Below are positions 38,973-54,060 of a DNA stretch of 64,000 nt, piece by piece; the stretch's first letter is position 1, and each line of letters opens with the position of its first letter. The position numbers and the translations under genes were made by a program. The notes under the pieces were generated by a model. The model saw nothing but the letters and a program-made list of their open reading frames with translations. It had not been told where the DNA came from and did no database searches. The stretch covers positions 70,494,001 through 70,558,000 of the forward strand of contig OX597818.1 in the NCBI GenBank assembly GCA_951406725.2. The letters are read 5' to 3'. This DNA is from Octopus vulgaris (Eukaryota).

Positions 38973-40280
38973 TTATCCATTGGCACATGTTCCTTCTTTT
39001 TCTCATACACACACATACATAGATGCATGTCCCAATGGATATTCTCTCGAATTCACACACCCTAATATCCATATTTCCCATAGATGTACCTATACTCTCA
39101 AATATTGGGTGTGGGATTTCATATTGTCTTAAATACACACACAAATATGCACACACACAAATTTTCCATATACATGCTTACATACATGCACACACATACA
39201 CACGTACATACTTATTCATCACTGAGATGCTCACAGATGTGTTTATGCACAAATTTATACACCTAAGTATGCATGTATAGCCACATAACTGAAAAGACAT
39301 ACGTATGTGCATACATATATACACACTTACACATACACTCAAAGAAGCAAATGAATACATATGAAGGACTGTCGTAGATACATACACACTCACACCTATA
39401 AAGACAGGCACTTACACATACACACACATAGTTTATGAATTCATTTACACAATTTAGAAGCTGACGATTTTAGGGTTTCTAAGATCAGTCGGAATATAGG
39501 GAGGAGCCCTTCCTCAGTGTCCTGGTCCACAGATTGGTAACAGGGGATTTTGCGAATTGCACCCAACAAGGACCAGGGGAGGATGTTAAACTAGGTGGCT
39601 GTTTATGTGATGTATACACACTAACATTGACATATATATATAGTCACACTTGTATAGGCTGACTTAGGGACAGAAAACACATATACACACTCTGTCTCTC
39701 TCTCTCTCCTTCCTGTTGTCATTGATCCCTCTGCAATTAAGTGTTTGGTTCCATAAGCAGGGAGGAGAGTTGTGACGTCCCTCGAAACCTGTCTCACTGA
39801 GAACTATTCAACTTGTTAAGTGTTGGTGCTATGACAATACACATCCAAGACTCTCTGTCGAGTGGTTGGCATTAAGAAGAGTCTCCGGCAGCAGAAACCA
39901 GACCCAATAACACACAAAGGCTGTTGGAGTTTGGACACAGTGACTGCCAATGGGAGTCACACCCAGGCTGTGATGACCCATCCGAACCATGCCAGCACGG
40001 AAAGTGGACATGAAATAATGATAAAGATCTGAATGGCGAAGGGCAAAGCTGACATTGACAGGATTTGAACTCAGAATGCAAGTGACTCTAAGTTGATGCT
40101 GTAAAGTATTTTGTCTGATGCTACAAATGCTTCAAGATATAAAGACAGAGATTAACGTTAAATGCAAATATACACACACATACGTGGACACATAAACACA
40201 CACAAATAAATGTGTATGTGAAACACATACATATGCTCACACATACACTCACATACAGCCATATAGAGATGGACATGCAC

Positions 40281-40324
<44 letters not shown>

Positions 40325-40904
40325 CAATGTTAAAACACAAGCCAACCAAGGAGCATCTGCCTGGTGACTTGACCTGCTAGAATTAATGGTCAAAGCTACC
40401 TGCAGTCATACCTTACCATCTTAAATTAGGGAAACACAAAATTAGTAATGTACTCTTAGATATACAATGTTACCTCTGCAAAAGCTCATAGTGGATGGTC
40501 ACAGCTGGAATGCTTTTGATCATTAGTGTGCTCATTTAAGGCAACAAATTTACATAGACATACTGACACACATTCATACATACATGTACACACACAGACA
40601 CAAGCATAGATACACACATGTATCAGGTATTCACACACACACACACACACACACAATGTTGATACTGTGAAAGGACCAGGTAGCAATGTGACACCAATCA
40701 ACAGATTAAATCACACATTGACATAAATAGAGTCACGTACACCATCATCGCCGTCATTGGTCATACATATATATATATTGACTTACAGACAGAAAGGGTG
40801 TAGACAGACACACACACACACACATGGAAGATATCCATATATATAAACACACACACAAACATATAAACATACATACATACATACTTGCATGGAGGCATAT
40901 ATAC

Positions 40905-40959
<55 letters not shown>

Positions 40960-41733
40960 TACATATATATGTGTGCACATACACAGAACATATACATATC
41001 TACATAGAACCATTGATGAATACACACACATATGGATTCAAAGTTCGAAACAGTGAATTAGAGTGAAAGGTCTTTGAGGAAGGTCATCACAGCCAAACTT
41101 GCAATGAAAATAGTTGCTCCGATTCCACTATGAATTGATGAATTGTTGTTGTTGCTGCTGTTGTTGCTGTTGTAGCTGTATAGTGAGTGGGTTGTTATTG
41201 ATTCTACTGTTTATCTGTGGAAATACTTAGCTGCCAGTGTTTGATTAGTTCACAAAGTCCACAAATTGATCACACATCATCCAAATGACCAGATCCATTT
41301 TCGCTTCTATTCATTGATCAATGACCAATGGCTGCCAAAACACTTTCTCTCATAACCTATCATCACTTAACGACCACCGCCACCTCCATCGTCGTCGTCG
41401 TCACCTGCCATCAACTATTTCACAACCATCATCGTTAGTTTTGTTTTTGTTGTCATTGCTCTCGTCATCATCATCGTCATCATCGTCATTGTCATCATCA
41501 TTGATTATCATGCTTGTGCTGTTTCCCATTGTTGCATGCTCCATACATTCCATACATGTATATCCTGTGAGATCATATATATATATGCATGTGTGTGTAT
41601 GAGTGTATATGCATATACACACATATATATAAATATATATATATATATAAGTATATATATGGATATATGTATATATATATATATAAGTATATATATGGAT
41701 GTATGTATGTGTGTGTATATATATATGTAGTAG

Positions 41734-42085
41734 TAGTAACAGAAAAGTGGAATTTCGATTATCCCCACATGGTGGGTTGTGATGTGTATAAGAAATTAAA
41801 AAATGAAAATACGCACACTTACATGGTTTTAGTATAATTTTTAATATATCGACCGGTTTTGCTATCGCTATTCATGATAAATAATCCAGAATTCTTGTCT
41901 GGTACCTGATCGACACAAAAATCTAATCCGTTCATGCTAGTCACGAGGCCAAACAACCCTGAAGGTTTCATCCAAATCCATCCTGTGGTTCTTGAGATAT
42001 CTTGTCCATGGACAAACGAACAAACAAACATACCAACAAACTCGACTAGAAACAATACCTCCGCCTTCACTAAGGTGGACGTAAT
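41734..42085. mobile_element. Probable Helentron-associated non-autonomous element (HINE/DINE-like)
   Basis: 'tttcatccaaatccatcc..gttcttgagatatcttg', an (ACAA)n microsatellite, then a terminal hairpin tacctccgcc/ggtggacgta. This is the typical HINE layout. Confidence 0.55.
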
Positions 42086-42109
42086 AATAATAATCATCAT
42101 CATCATCAT

Positions 42110-42290
42110 CATCATCATCATTTAGTGTCCGCTTTCCATGCTAGCATGGGTTGGACGGTTTAACTGGGGTCTGTGAAGCCGGATGGTTTCATCAGGCCCA
42201 GTCAGATTTGGCAGTGTTTCTACGGCTGGATGCCCTTCCTAACGCCAACCACTCCATGAGTGTAGTGGGTGCTTTTTACGTGCCACCTGA
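42110..42290 (-). mobile_element. RTE family A extreme 3' end
   Basis: Near-identical to 54061-54240. Confidence 0.85.
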
Positions 42291-42314
42291 ACGTAATAAT
42301 AAAAGAAATAATAA

Positions 42315-42508
42315 TAATCCTTTCTACTATAGGCACAAGACCGGACATTTGGGGGAGGGTGTAAGTTGATCATATCAACCTCAGTACATGACTGGTACAT
42401 CAACCCTGAAAAGATGAAAAGCAAAGTTGATTTTGTTGGAACTCAGAACATCATGGTGGGTGAAATACCACTAACCATTTCACCCAACATGCTAATGATT
42501 TTGCCAGC

Positions 42509-42510
<2 letters not shown>
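42315..42510 (-). mobile_element. SINE family A, degenerate
   Basis: Reverse-complement similarity to 31075-31302. Confidence 0.65.
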
Positions 42511-42548
<38 letters not shown>

Positions 42549-42551
42549 GTA

Positions 42552-42606
<55 letters not shown>

Positions 42607-42791
42607 TAATAATAAAGAATTCAAAATAGGCACAAGAAGATTCTACAGAACAACACAACTCTAATAGCTCCTATTTTAACCACTTCTATTATTATTTGAT
42701 CAAAGAAAGTTGGTTGTGTATAAGGTGATTCTTTTTAAAGTCATTCCCCATATGCAAGTGCATATAAGTATATGCTTGTATGAATATATAC

Positions 42792-42834
<43 letters not shown>

Positions 42835-42968
42835 CATACATACATACTCAGCTACATAGATTAACACACAGATTTTTGAAATTGTGTTTGCCTGTGTTCA
42901 AGATGAAAGATTTCATCAAAGTGCATCAAAAATACAAATGCACACAGGCAGACTGACAAACAGCAGAC

Positions 42969-43073
<105 letters not shown>

Positions 43074-46000
43074 CAGTTTCACATTTAGTTGCAATGTGTG
43101 ATGATTCTAGGGAAGAGCTAGATTTTCTGTTTGAATTTTCTGATCAAATATCAAAGTAATTGAGACATTTCCAGAACACAGACTTCTAAAATCTGTGTTT
43201 GACATGACTGAGTGTGTCAGAATCTGTTTCGGAATGGCTGCTGCTGCTGCTGCTGCTGCTGCTACATGTTTTGTTTTGACACAGAAACAACTTTTGTCAG
43301 GTGACTGAAGAATCAAAAAATTTGAAATGTTGCTGATGTCTGACCTGCTGCATCAACCCTGATTCAGCAGGTCAATGATGAAAGCCATTCCAGCAGTGAC
43401 CCACACGTCCTTTTTCTGAAGATGCCTGTGTGTAATTCGAGTGAGATTCAGCTGTTCATTTTAGCAGGACAAGGAGCCTTATTCATTAACCCAGATTATC
43501 ACCATGTAGCATTATGACTGTTACTTCCAGTCATTTACACCTGTGGCACAGGGAACACTTTGATCTCAGCCATTCCATTCTCGACCCTTCCATCGTTTTC
43601 TTTCTTTTATCAATTGTCCATTGCCCTATCTTTCTTCAAATGATTTGCAAGAAATCTTGGTGCCATATCTAACAGCTCTACTTACAGCCTGATGATAATT
43701 TCATTGGATCACACATTCATTAAGTTTAATGATCATAGAGCTGTTGTTGTTTAGCCCTAGGCCACACTTTATTGAACTATAATCAAAGGAATTCTAAACT
43801 TTATCAAACTATCATTTATTTAGACACAGTGTATCTAGGACAACATTATGCAATGTGACACTTTTTAAAGGCATTCAACACATTTAATTAGTGTTATATC
43901 TATTACTCTACTATTCAAACTAGTTTGATTCAGCCTCATGTGATTCAGAGTTTCGTAGGCTTATTATAGAAACCCATTTTGTCAGACTCAGGTGCTTCTG
44001 TAAGAAGCATATGAAACTTTAAGTTGTATTGGGTTCAAATCAAATTGTCTTAAATAATAATTATAAATCTTTCAACAATGGTAGTAGTTGAATAATATTC
44101 CTAAGGCCACAATTTACTCACATGCAGCATCTTTCAGAGCTTGTCGCTAATTCAGTTCTTAACCAAATTGAACACTGTTAACATTTTTGAAGAGGACTGG
44201 TCCCTAGCTACATTTTGGCATAAAAAAAAATTGAGATTTGGTCCAGTAGAAAAAAGTTTACATCAAAATTTGCAGCAGCTTTATAGTAACGCAACCAATC
44301 AAGTTTAGATCTAAATACCTTTTTTTATTTTTGAAGCAAAATATCTTTATCTTAGCTTCAATGATAGAAGAAAGTATGAAAAATTTCATAGTTTTATTCC
44401 CATGCAACAAAAATTTGTATAAAAACAGTTGTGAGGTAAAATATCCTGAAAAATATATAAGTGAGGCAAAAAATTGGATTTAACTATAATTAACTTTTTT
44501 ATTTTAAAAACAAACTACATTTTTATCAAGCTTAAATGATAGAGCTCAATTCAAGGAATTTCAGCTAACAATAAAATTTGAATAGTAAAAATTATTTGGT
44601 TTAAATTTACAAAGTAACATTATGATTAAAAAAGGTACCATCATTTTGTTAAAATATTGACGCACTAGAATATTCTAAAAAGGGGAGCCAGAAGTCCCAA
44701 TATAGTTAAAGTTTTATGCAAAGTAGAATAGTTTATATAGTAGGCAAATTCATTATGTAATAAATAGGGTCAAGGCTAAAAATGTGAAGACTTGACGATA
44801 ACTTAGGCAATAACTCAAGCAAATTTTACTGTGAATTTGTTGTTATAGGTAGATTTTATTGTAATATATGATTAATTTTTGTATTATTCTATTTATTGTA
44901 CTAATTATGTACTACAATTATTTTTTATAACCTGTTTTCAAATTTCTAATTATTAATTAATAATTTCCTAAAAAGGAATATTTTTTAAGTACAAAAAATA
45001 CTTTGAGTTATTTTATATTTTTAAGTGAAGTAACAAGTTATAACTTGTAATAAAATTTTTAGCTTTAATAAAAGATAATATTTTCTAAATCTAAATATTT
45101 CATTTGAAATTTTATCCTTAGCTGCAATATTTTAAGTAAAAATTTTCTTGTTTTGTACTTTACCAGATGTAGTATGTTGTCCTGAACTTTTCCAAGTGTA
45201 ATAACTTGTCCTGTACTTTTCCAGGTTTATAATCTTAAGAATATTATTTCTCTTGCTCGCATTTTTCCTTGTAATATATATATGATGAGCTACCACACAG
45301 TTCCCATTCCCAAGTTCAACTTGTAAGATGTTGGTCACCCAGATATTAATGGTAAAAGAATATTGACCAAGGTCCTCTGCTGTAAGACCAAATGTGAAAG
45401 CACATGATTGCAAACCAAACATTTGAACCACACAGCTATGTGAACAGAAATTAATTCCAAAATTATTTTCAGCGATTGCACTAGCTGTTTTTCAGCCATC
45501 AAATGTATAAATGTGTTTAGCTTTGGGCCATAGAATGGATGAGCAATGTTAATTTACAGCGACATTATTGCTTTGTATAACAAAGGGAAACTGAAGAATA
45601 TGGCAGCAGAAAAAGCTTCCATTGTCACATTTTGTTAAAGACTTTTCTTTGAATAAAAATGCTTCTCCTCTAACTTTCTCTAATATGGCATTGATTGGTG
45701 TCACCAATTCAGGGGGGGGGGGTTCATCATTCAATAAGATTTGTGCTAATAAGAAGCAATCCCTGTGGCAAGGCAGCTGTTATAAGGACACCTACAAGGG
45801 ACAGACTGTTGACCATTGTTTATTCTGATAGATTTTCATTAGAGAACACCAGTTGACTTCTAAACAGACATACAAATATACATGCATTCTCTCTCTCTTT
45901 CTCTCTCACTCTCTTTCTTTTCTCACTCTCTTTCTCTCTCACTCTCTTTCTCTCTCACTCTCTCACACACACACATACACACGTATGTGTGTCTATATGT

Positions 46001-46108
46001 GTGTGTCTGTGTGTGTGTGCGTATTTGCATATGTGTATGTATATATGCATGTATCTCATTCATTTATTTGCTCACATCAGGTTTTACCTTGCTAGCATGG
46101 CTAAGAGT

Positions 46109-46139
<31 letters not shown>

Positions 46140-46507
46140 AGCAGTTAGTTTCAATGATTGTGGGGATTGATTATGTATAATTTAAGAAATATGATTTCTT
46201 TCCTTACTTCTCTTTCTGTTTTCTCTTTCTCCTCTTAATAAGGTAAAATAATTCACATCAGAATATATTATTTTCTCTCCCTCTCATAATGTACTTCCTT
46301 TCTTCCCACCAATTCCATCCTATTGTCCAGTGTGAGCAATTCTGTACACCTTATTCAACATTTTCTTTCTTTCTCTCTTTCATTGGTCCAAGACCAACCA
46401 ACAGAGACAAAGATGGCAAACATACAAAGAAATGCATCAAAACCTATCACCCTTATATTTCTGTCTCAATATCGTCTTCTAATCAAACTTTCATTTTTGA
46501 TATATCA

Positions 46508-46677
46508 AGGCACAGACGTATCTCTGTGGTAAGAAGCTTGCTTCCTAACCACATGGTTCTGGGTTCAGCCCTACTGCATGGCATCTTGGGCAAGTGTCTT
46601 CTACTATAGCCTCGGGATGACCAAAGTCTTGTGGGTGGATTTGGTTGACAGAAACTGAAAGAAACCTGTTGTATATG

Positions 46678-46724
<47 letters not shown>

Positions 46725-46963
46725 ATATTTGTGTGTGTGTATACATGTATGTATATATTTGTGTCTGTCTGTGTCTGTCCCCCAACCATCACTTGACAAC
46801 TGCTGTTAGTGTGTTTAAGTCTCTGTCACTTTGCAGTTTGGGAAAAGAACACGATAGAATAAGTACTAGGTTTACAAAGAATAAATCCTGAAGTTAATTT
46901 CTTCAGTAAGTGCTCCAGTATGGCCACAGTCAAATGACTGAAACAGGTAAAAGAATAAAAGAA
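46508..46963 (+). mobile_element. SINE family B, full length
   Basis: Colinear with 16170-16635. Confidence 0.85.
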
Positions 46964-48289
46964 CCTAGAAAATCTGTCTTGTATTCAGTTTACTCCATAA
47001 TTCTTGATGCCTTCTTGGCATTTCATGTTTTATTAATTTAATATTTTTATCCTGGTCTCTAATTATAGTTTGCAAACAAACTTGATTTTGATTTAATTTA
47101 TTTGAATAAGAGAGAGATGAGGAGAGAGAGAGAGAGTGAGAGAGTGAGTGGAGGCAAAGATGAGGTGAATTCTTCCTGTGAGAAACTTGTTATAGCTGCA
47201 CAGGAACCTGAGTCAAGCTTTGCTGTCTCAAGTCTGTGATTAACAAGAATCTGTGTCTCCAAATGAGTCCAAAAGTCTTTGGGGGAGACAGAATTACTGA
47301 AGTCATCATTCAAAGATTTTGACTCGAAAAACAGAAATAAAAATAAAACAAAAAGGAAAAATACTGAGTAAGGGAAGAAAGAGAGGGAAAGAGCATGTGT
47401 GTGTGTGTGTGTGTGTGTGTGCATACATGTGTGTGTGTGTGCATGTGTGGGTGTCTGGTCTAGTGCTGGTGTGTCCCTATATTGGGAATGTTCAATAAGG
47501 CAGCCAATGCAGTACATTGTAGCATTCCTTCATATCTATTTTCATGCATTTTAAAGCAGAAGACTAAGACAGTCGGTGAATTCTTCTTGTAATGGGTGAA
47601 ATCTAACATCAACCTTCAGTTGGTTCTGTCAGTGAAAGAACTGTTTCAGTAGAAGACTTCATTATAAATGTCAGTGTGGCATTTAATATCCGTCAGTTCC
47701 TTAGTTGGCCCTTCATCTACTTCATTGGCCTAACTTATTGATAAGGGGGAGATTGATAGAATTGAATTATAAATGTGTCCAGTGGATAGATTAAAATCTA
47801 TCCACTGGACATTGGAGAAAGTCTTTCTATGAGAAAAGAAATATGAGAAGTTTCCTTTTAATCACAGACAAACAGCAAAAGAAAAAAGCATTAATGATGG
47901 TCATTGGACATCAGAAACAAAAACAGAAAAAAGAAAAAAAAACATTTATAAAATATTGTTATTGTTGTTTCACCCAGAGTAAGTTGTCCCTTAGCATTCC
48001 TATGATCACAACCTGGCTATAATCTTTCCTTTTTTAGTTTCAGGCTCAATGTATCTAGAGCTATGGTAACAATTGTATTCTTTCCAGCCTTTCTTTTAAG
48101 GCAGTAAGATAGCATGAGGATAATTTGGTTACTATTTCTGGTAGACCAAACAACTACATCTACTTGTATCTGCAAAACAGTAGAAGTTGACACACAGTTC
48201 TGTTTAGTTTCTCAAAAAACATTATTAAGGTCATTGTTGTTGTTGTTGTTGTTGTTGTTATTATTACTATTATTATTATTATTAATAAC

Positions 48290-48341
<52 letters not shown>

Positions 48342-49515
48342 GCCCTGATGCAGTACCAGACAGTGGCTCTCATGGTTTCTGATCTTAACTGACTGGGAGT
48401 GTTATCATGTACATTGTTTTGTCTTGGTATAAAAGATGGGCTACAGCAAATATTCTGCTCAATACCACAGATTTGCTTGTCAGTTGTTTGACCTTCACCA
48501 GTTGAGCATGTCCCTTAGTGGCTGACGATATGCGCATCTCTGATTATGAGCAGAAGTAGTGGGGAAGCATCATAGCCATGTGTTGAAAGGAATTCTTGGA
48601 GGTTTGGATAATTCACCTTTGGAAACATGGGTGGTTCATTCAACATCCTTAAACAATCCTTATTCAAGGACCTTTTGAGCAGGATGGGTTACTCAACCAG
48701 AAGAAAATTCTAGCTGGGCCCCACCTGCAAAGTCATATACTGTTTATCTTGATATGACATCACCATGTCGCGCACATATGGTTGTGATGCATGTACCTGG
48801 TGTACCCTTATCAGACGGGTAGTCATGATGGGTATACTGGGCTTTGTATATTTGTACCCCAGTGTCACTTTGATGGCATGCTCTGCTCTCTCACTCAAGA
48901 ATAATAATAATAAAAAGTTATAAATATTGGCAGAAGGCCAGCAATTTTAGTGAGAGAGAGAGAGAGAGACTCTAGTTGATTTCATTGGCCCAGTATGTGA
49001 GTGCTACATTATTTTATCAACTTGGAAAAGGTGAAAAGCAAAGTAGCAAAGTTGACTTTGGTGAAATTTGAACTCAGAGGTTGTAGTGAACAAATACCAT
49101 AAAACACTTTGTCCAATGCTCTGATGATTCTGCAGAAAAATAAAAAGAAAACAGAGCCTAGTTTTGCATTAGTTCTTTTTTATTCAGCCAATGGTTCAAA
49201 ACAATAAGTTATTAACCTGAGGAAATACATGGAAATCTGCCACTCACTACAATGGTTTGTTCAAGTCATCCTCACAAAGGCCATACTGGAGCTCCATATA
49301 ATGAGGTGAGGGAAATCCTAAAGTTTTCTCCTGGGCCTGAAATCACATTTCCCCATTCAATTTTCAATACAATTCTAAATTCCATTTCCTAACTTAGTTT
49401 TATCAATCTAGTTAGAAAACAGAAATTTTTTTCAGCTCTTTCTTCAACTTCTTACTAAAAATGTTCCTACTTCAATTACAAATATTTCCTTCTGCACATC
49501 TTTATATTTCAGACA

Positions 49516-49566
<51 letters not shown>

Positions 49567-50822
49567 GATACTGATAATCCGTGTTAGTATTGTTATTTGA
49601 AATTTGCATTACGTAAATCTTGCTCTGAATTTCAACATTCTTCACTGTTTTCGTTAATATATTCAACTAAAACAAATTATAATTTCCAAAGATTTCCATC
49701 AGTATTTCACAAATTCAATTTTTGTTCCACATTGCTATTTTTGGTGAAGTAATCACAGCAATTGGTGTATGTAGAAAATGTCATGCTAATTCGAAGTTAG
49801 TCATTAATTTTTGAAAAGATTACAAATAATTTGATTGAAATATTCAAGTATTATGAAACCAAAGAAAATCAAAAATATAATACATTCATACAAACACATA
49901 TGTATATGTGTATATATATATATATGTGTGTGTATTATATGATACGTATATGTATATAAAAACAGATATAGACATATTTTTAGCATCTATTGATACTGAA
50001 GGAAATCAATACTATGAACACTGTCTCTAGATTTTTTTTCTTACTATTTTTTGGTTCTTTTTAATCAAAGATCATTTTTATTTTTTATTTATGTCTATAA
50101 ATAGAAAATATTATGGCAACAATTGTTTTCAAAACCGATTCCGAATGAACAATGAGAAATTTATTTTCAGTTATTTTATGTTTTTTAATAGAATTTTTTT
50201 TTATAAATAAATAATTATCTTAAACAGTGTATTTTTAAAGCTACAATGAAATATTGTATTTAAAAATGGTTTTAAAGAATACCTTCAATAAAGTTGTGAA
50301 TATTGTCAATGATAATTCTTGTGTAATCATTGTAAGGAGAGAAGAATCAAAGCCAGACTATTTGAAGCTATTAAAAATGGTCTGAAATCCGGCCTCTTAA
50401 AATTTGGTATAAAAGAAACATTTTCAATATACAATAGTGACATTGTGCAAATATTCATGAACAAATTAGACATTTCATAATTTGGGACAGGTTTTTTTTC
50501 ATTATTTTTTCTTTTCTTTATTTTTTTAGTGAAGATGATGTGGGTGGGAGATAAATCTTTATTCTCTTACGGGCTTTGATTAGTGAATTATGGCCATGCT
50601 GGGGCATTGCTTCCAAACATTTATACTCAAGCACACAAAACCCCAATACTTCTTCAGTCTGTTTCTTGATTTATTAACCTCTGTTTGCCAGACTGTTAGG
50701 TCATATGTCTTAAAGGGACATGGTATAAATAATACAAGGTTTTGAACTGATCTAAACAAATACATACATAATTATACATACACGTGTTTGTATGTGTGTT
50801 TATGTGTTTGCACACGTGTGTG

Positions 50823-50881
<59 letters not shown>

Positions 50882-51440
50882 GTTGTGTGTCACCATCGGT
50901 TGGTGCACCATACTTATATGTATAAACAGGCCATCATAAGGTGAAAATACTTTAGTTATACACTGAGTTGATAATGATTATTTTAGGTTGTACTCCTAAA
51001 ACCTGGAAGAAGGAATGAGTTGATTATTTCAGGATTGACTACAAAAAGTGTTTTGACCGTTTTTGCTATGGCTGGATTGAGAAATGCTTGGAAGCATAAA
51101 AAATATCTCCAGTTATTTGTAATTGTCTGTTGAATAGTACAAAACACTGGAAAACAACTTTTATAATACTTCTCTCTGGATTCAGTATAAATGCTGGTGA
51201 CATTAGCATGAACTGCAGAAATTTCCAAAGAGATTTTCTATCACGGCTACTCTTTTGTGCGGCCCTCATTCTCCTAAGTAAGCTGTTGACTGATGCAAAA
51301 GATGGGTTCAAAGTATAGAATTGGCAAATCAATCACCTCCTTTACATGGATGATCTAAAGCTATTCACAAAAGATGATCAACAACTGGAACGAATTTTAG
51401 CTGTAGTAAAACAGTTCATCAACAATATTGGAATGGAGTT

Positions 51441-51653
51441 AAGGTGGCAAGCTGGCAGAAGCGTTAACATGCCGGGCGAAAGGCTTAACAATATTTCGTC
51501 TGTCTTTATATTCTGAGTCCAAATTCTGCCAAGGTCGACTTTGCCTTTCATCCTTTCAGGGTTGGTAAGTTAAGTACCAGATGCGTACTAAGATCGATTT
51601 AATCAACTCACCCCACCCCAAAAATTTCGGGCATTTTGCCTTGAGTAGAAAAG
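51441..51653 (+). mobile_element. SINE family A with 17 bp target-site duplication
   Basis: aatattggaatggagtt at 51424-51440 and again at 51654-51670. Confidence 0.9.
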
Positions 51654-51914
51654 AATATTGGAATGGAGTTTGGCCTTGATAAATGTGTTAAAAACACATT
51701 CTTCTGGGGAAAACTTCTGAAAATAAGCAACATACAGATAGACAGGTCTACCATCATTGAGGAATTAGATACTGACAAAAAATTACAAATATTTAGGTGT
51801 ATATGAAGGGATGGCATCTGATATTCACAAATACATGAGAAAATATGGGGAAAATGTTATCCTAGAGGTAGAGGTACCCTAAGGACAAACTTAATGCAAG
51901 AAACAGAATTGATG

Positions 51915-52408
51915 CAGTCTTCTGGAGATATGCTGTGACTTTGAAGACCCGACAAATGAAGTGAGTTCATGGCTCGCAGGATGGCCTGCTTGGATCATAG
52001 AGTGACCCGCTGTTCTTGAGGAGTCCTGTTGAGTCAAGTATGTCAGCGTCAACATCAAAATAAAAATTCAAATGGAAATTGTAGTTAAGACACCCGTACC
52101 GGTGACACATAAAAAGCACCATCCAAACGTGGCAGATACTAGCGCCGCCTGACTGGTGTCAGTGACACGTAAAAGCACCAACCGATCATGGCTGTTTGCC
52201 AGCCTGCTCTAGCCCCTGTGCCGGTGGCACGTAAAAAACACCCACTACACTCATGGAGTGATTGGCATTAGGAAGGGCATCCAGCTGTAGAAACACTGCC
52301 AAATCAGACTAGAACCTGGTGCAGCCTCCATGGCTTGCCAGACCCCGGTCGGACCGTCCAACCCATGCTAGCATGGAAAACGGACATTAAATGATAATGA
52401 TGATGATG
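51915..52408 (+). mobile_element. RTE 3' fragment nested in the R4-like element
   Basis: 3'UTR units 'cacgtaaaagcacc', 'aggaagggcatccag' and (GAT)n tail. Confidence 0.85.
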
Positions 52409-53928
52409 TGCCTTAATCATGCCTGCTGGGATCTACAACATAAAATGGGTGAAATCAGTGAAATCAGAAATTTTGATACAAAGGTATGCAAATAATGCAC
52501 AACAACCATAGGGTTAGACACTTGAGTAAAGAATGTTAATGACTGGACACTTAAAGTTGTGTACGTATCATGAAACTGTTGTCAATGTCAGAAGAAGCAA
52601 AGTGAAATATGTGAAGGAGTCAAAGATCAATGAGACTGAGATGCAATTAAATGAAAGAGAAGAACTCTCTGCAAAACAGATGAAAAGATGCCGACTGGAA
52701 TCCCAGGTCTGGGAAATTGTTGGAGAAGTAAGGCATTGAATGGCAAACAACCTACAAGGCCAGTAATGCTAATGTAGATACTGATATGACCCCCTCAATA
52801 GTCGGCTGTATCTGGACTTGAATCAGAAACAGGTGACTTCATTACAGCTGCTCAATGTTCCATAAAAAAAAAGACATGGGCAAATATCACGTTGCTTGTC
52901 AGGATTGCTAACATGAAAGGCATCCAGGAGTAGAAAACCTGCTTCGATTAATTTTGTCTGACCCATTTCAGCATGGAAAAGTGGACATTAAAGGATGCTG
53001 AAGAGGAGGGGGAGGAAATAAGGTTATAAGTAAGCAAAATTAAGCAGTATTTTACATTTTTTTAATTCATGTAATTTCTAATTCTACTATCAAGATTAAA
53101 AACCAATGAAATAAAAATTGATAAATTTTGCAAAAATTGACAACCAGCATTGATTTCTGTAGAAAGAATTGTTTTCAATAAATTCTTTTATTAAAATTTT
53201 CTCTATAACAATTTATCTAAAAAAAAAGATGAAAATTTACATTTTTCCTGATTTTGTTTTTAGCATTTGTGTGTGTGTGTGTGTGTGTGTACATACAGAT
53301 ATATGCACACACACACAAAAATGGGGACATGCATAGACCTCGCCCACTTGCAGACTAGTTTAATTATGCCTTCTACAGACGAAGAGGACACAACTCTTTC
53401 TTTTTTTTTCTCTCTTGTTATTCACCCTTCCACTTTTCATCGACTTACTCATTTTGTTTTTGTGGTTTCTTATTTGCCAGTGTCCTGATTTTCAAATAGG
53501 ACAGACCATGTGCTCAGAGTCTGAAGATTGCTAGGAGACACAAGGCACATTATAAAAATTTGCTTATCAACATGTCTTCACAGCAACAAACTATTTGCAG
53601 CACTTACCTTTATGTGTACATTAAATGACATGTATGTATGTATTGTTATACTTAATAGAAGCAGTGTTAATTTAAACTAGACACCTATGTATCACACTTA
53701 ATGTAATACATAATTGAAAGGCAAATTTACTGTAGCATTTGATTAAGATAACATCTCTTATGGGCATGGTGCTCCCTTCAATATATATATATATATATTG
53801 AAGAGAGATTAAACCCATTCCAGTAATAGTGAGCAAGAAGAACGCCAGATTTCGGGTTTGCTGGACCAATGGACACCCTTAGATAGAATTTTTATATCTA
53901 AATTATGAGTGAGCACAATTGATTACCC

Positions 53929-53993
<65 letters not shown>

Positions 53994-54060
53994 ATGTATA
54001 AACTTACTTGGAAATGGATGCGTTATGTTCAATTAAATAATAAATAGTATATATAATATA

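Larger units (their letters stand above)
50990..52860 (+). mobile_element. Degenerate R4/Dong-like non-LTR retrotransposon RT region, interrupted by a SINE and an RTE tail
   Basis: IDYKKCFD, degenerate GIFQGDSLSPLLFC, INHLLYMDDLKLFTK, GMEFGLDKC, YKYLGV, later GL.SETG.F..AAQ. This motif set is typical of the R4 clade. Confidence 0.75.

Noticed and set aside
45132-45431. 99 aa minus-strand ORF
   Set aside because: No motif and no convincing splice context.
47098-47517. 139 aa minus-strand ORF with a unique middle part
   Set aside because: Both ends are microsatellite-derived and no domain is recognised.
53370-53400. 'cagacgaagag..ctc' partial hammerhead-like string
   Set aside because: The GAAA box is missing; too degenerate to call.
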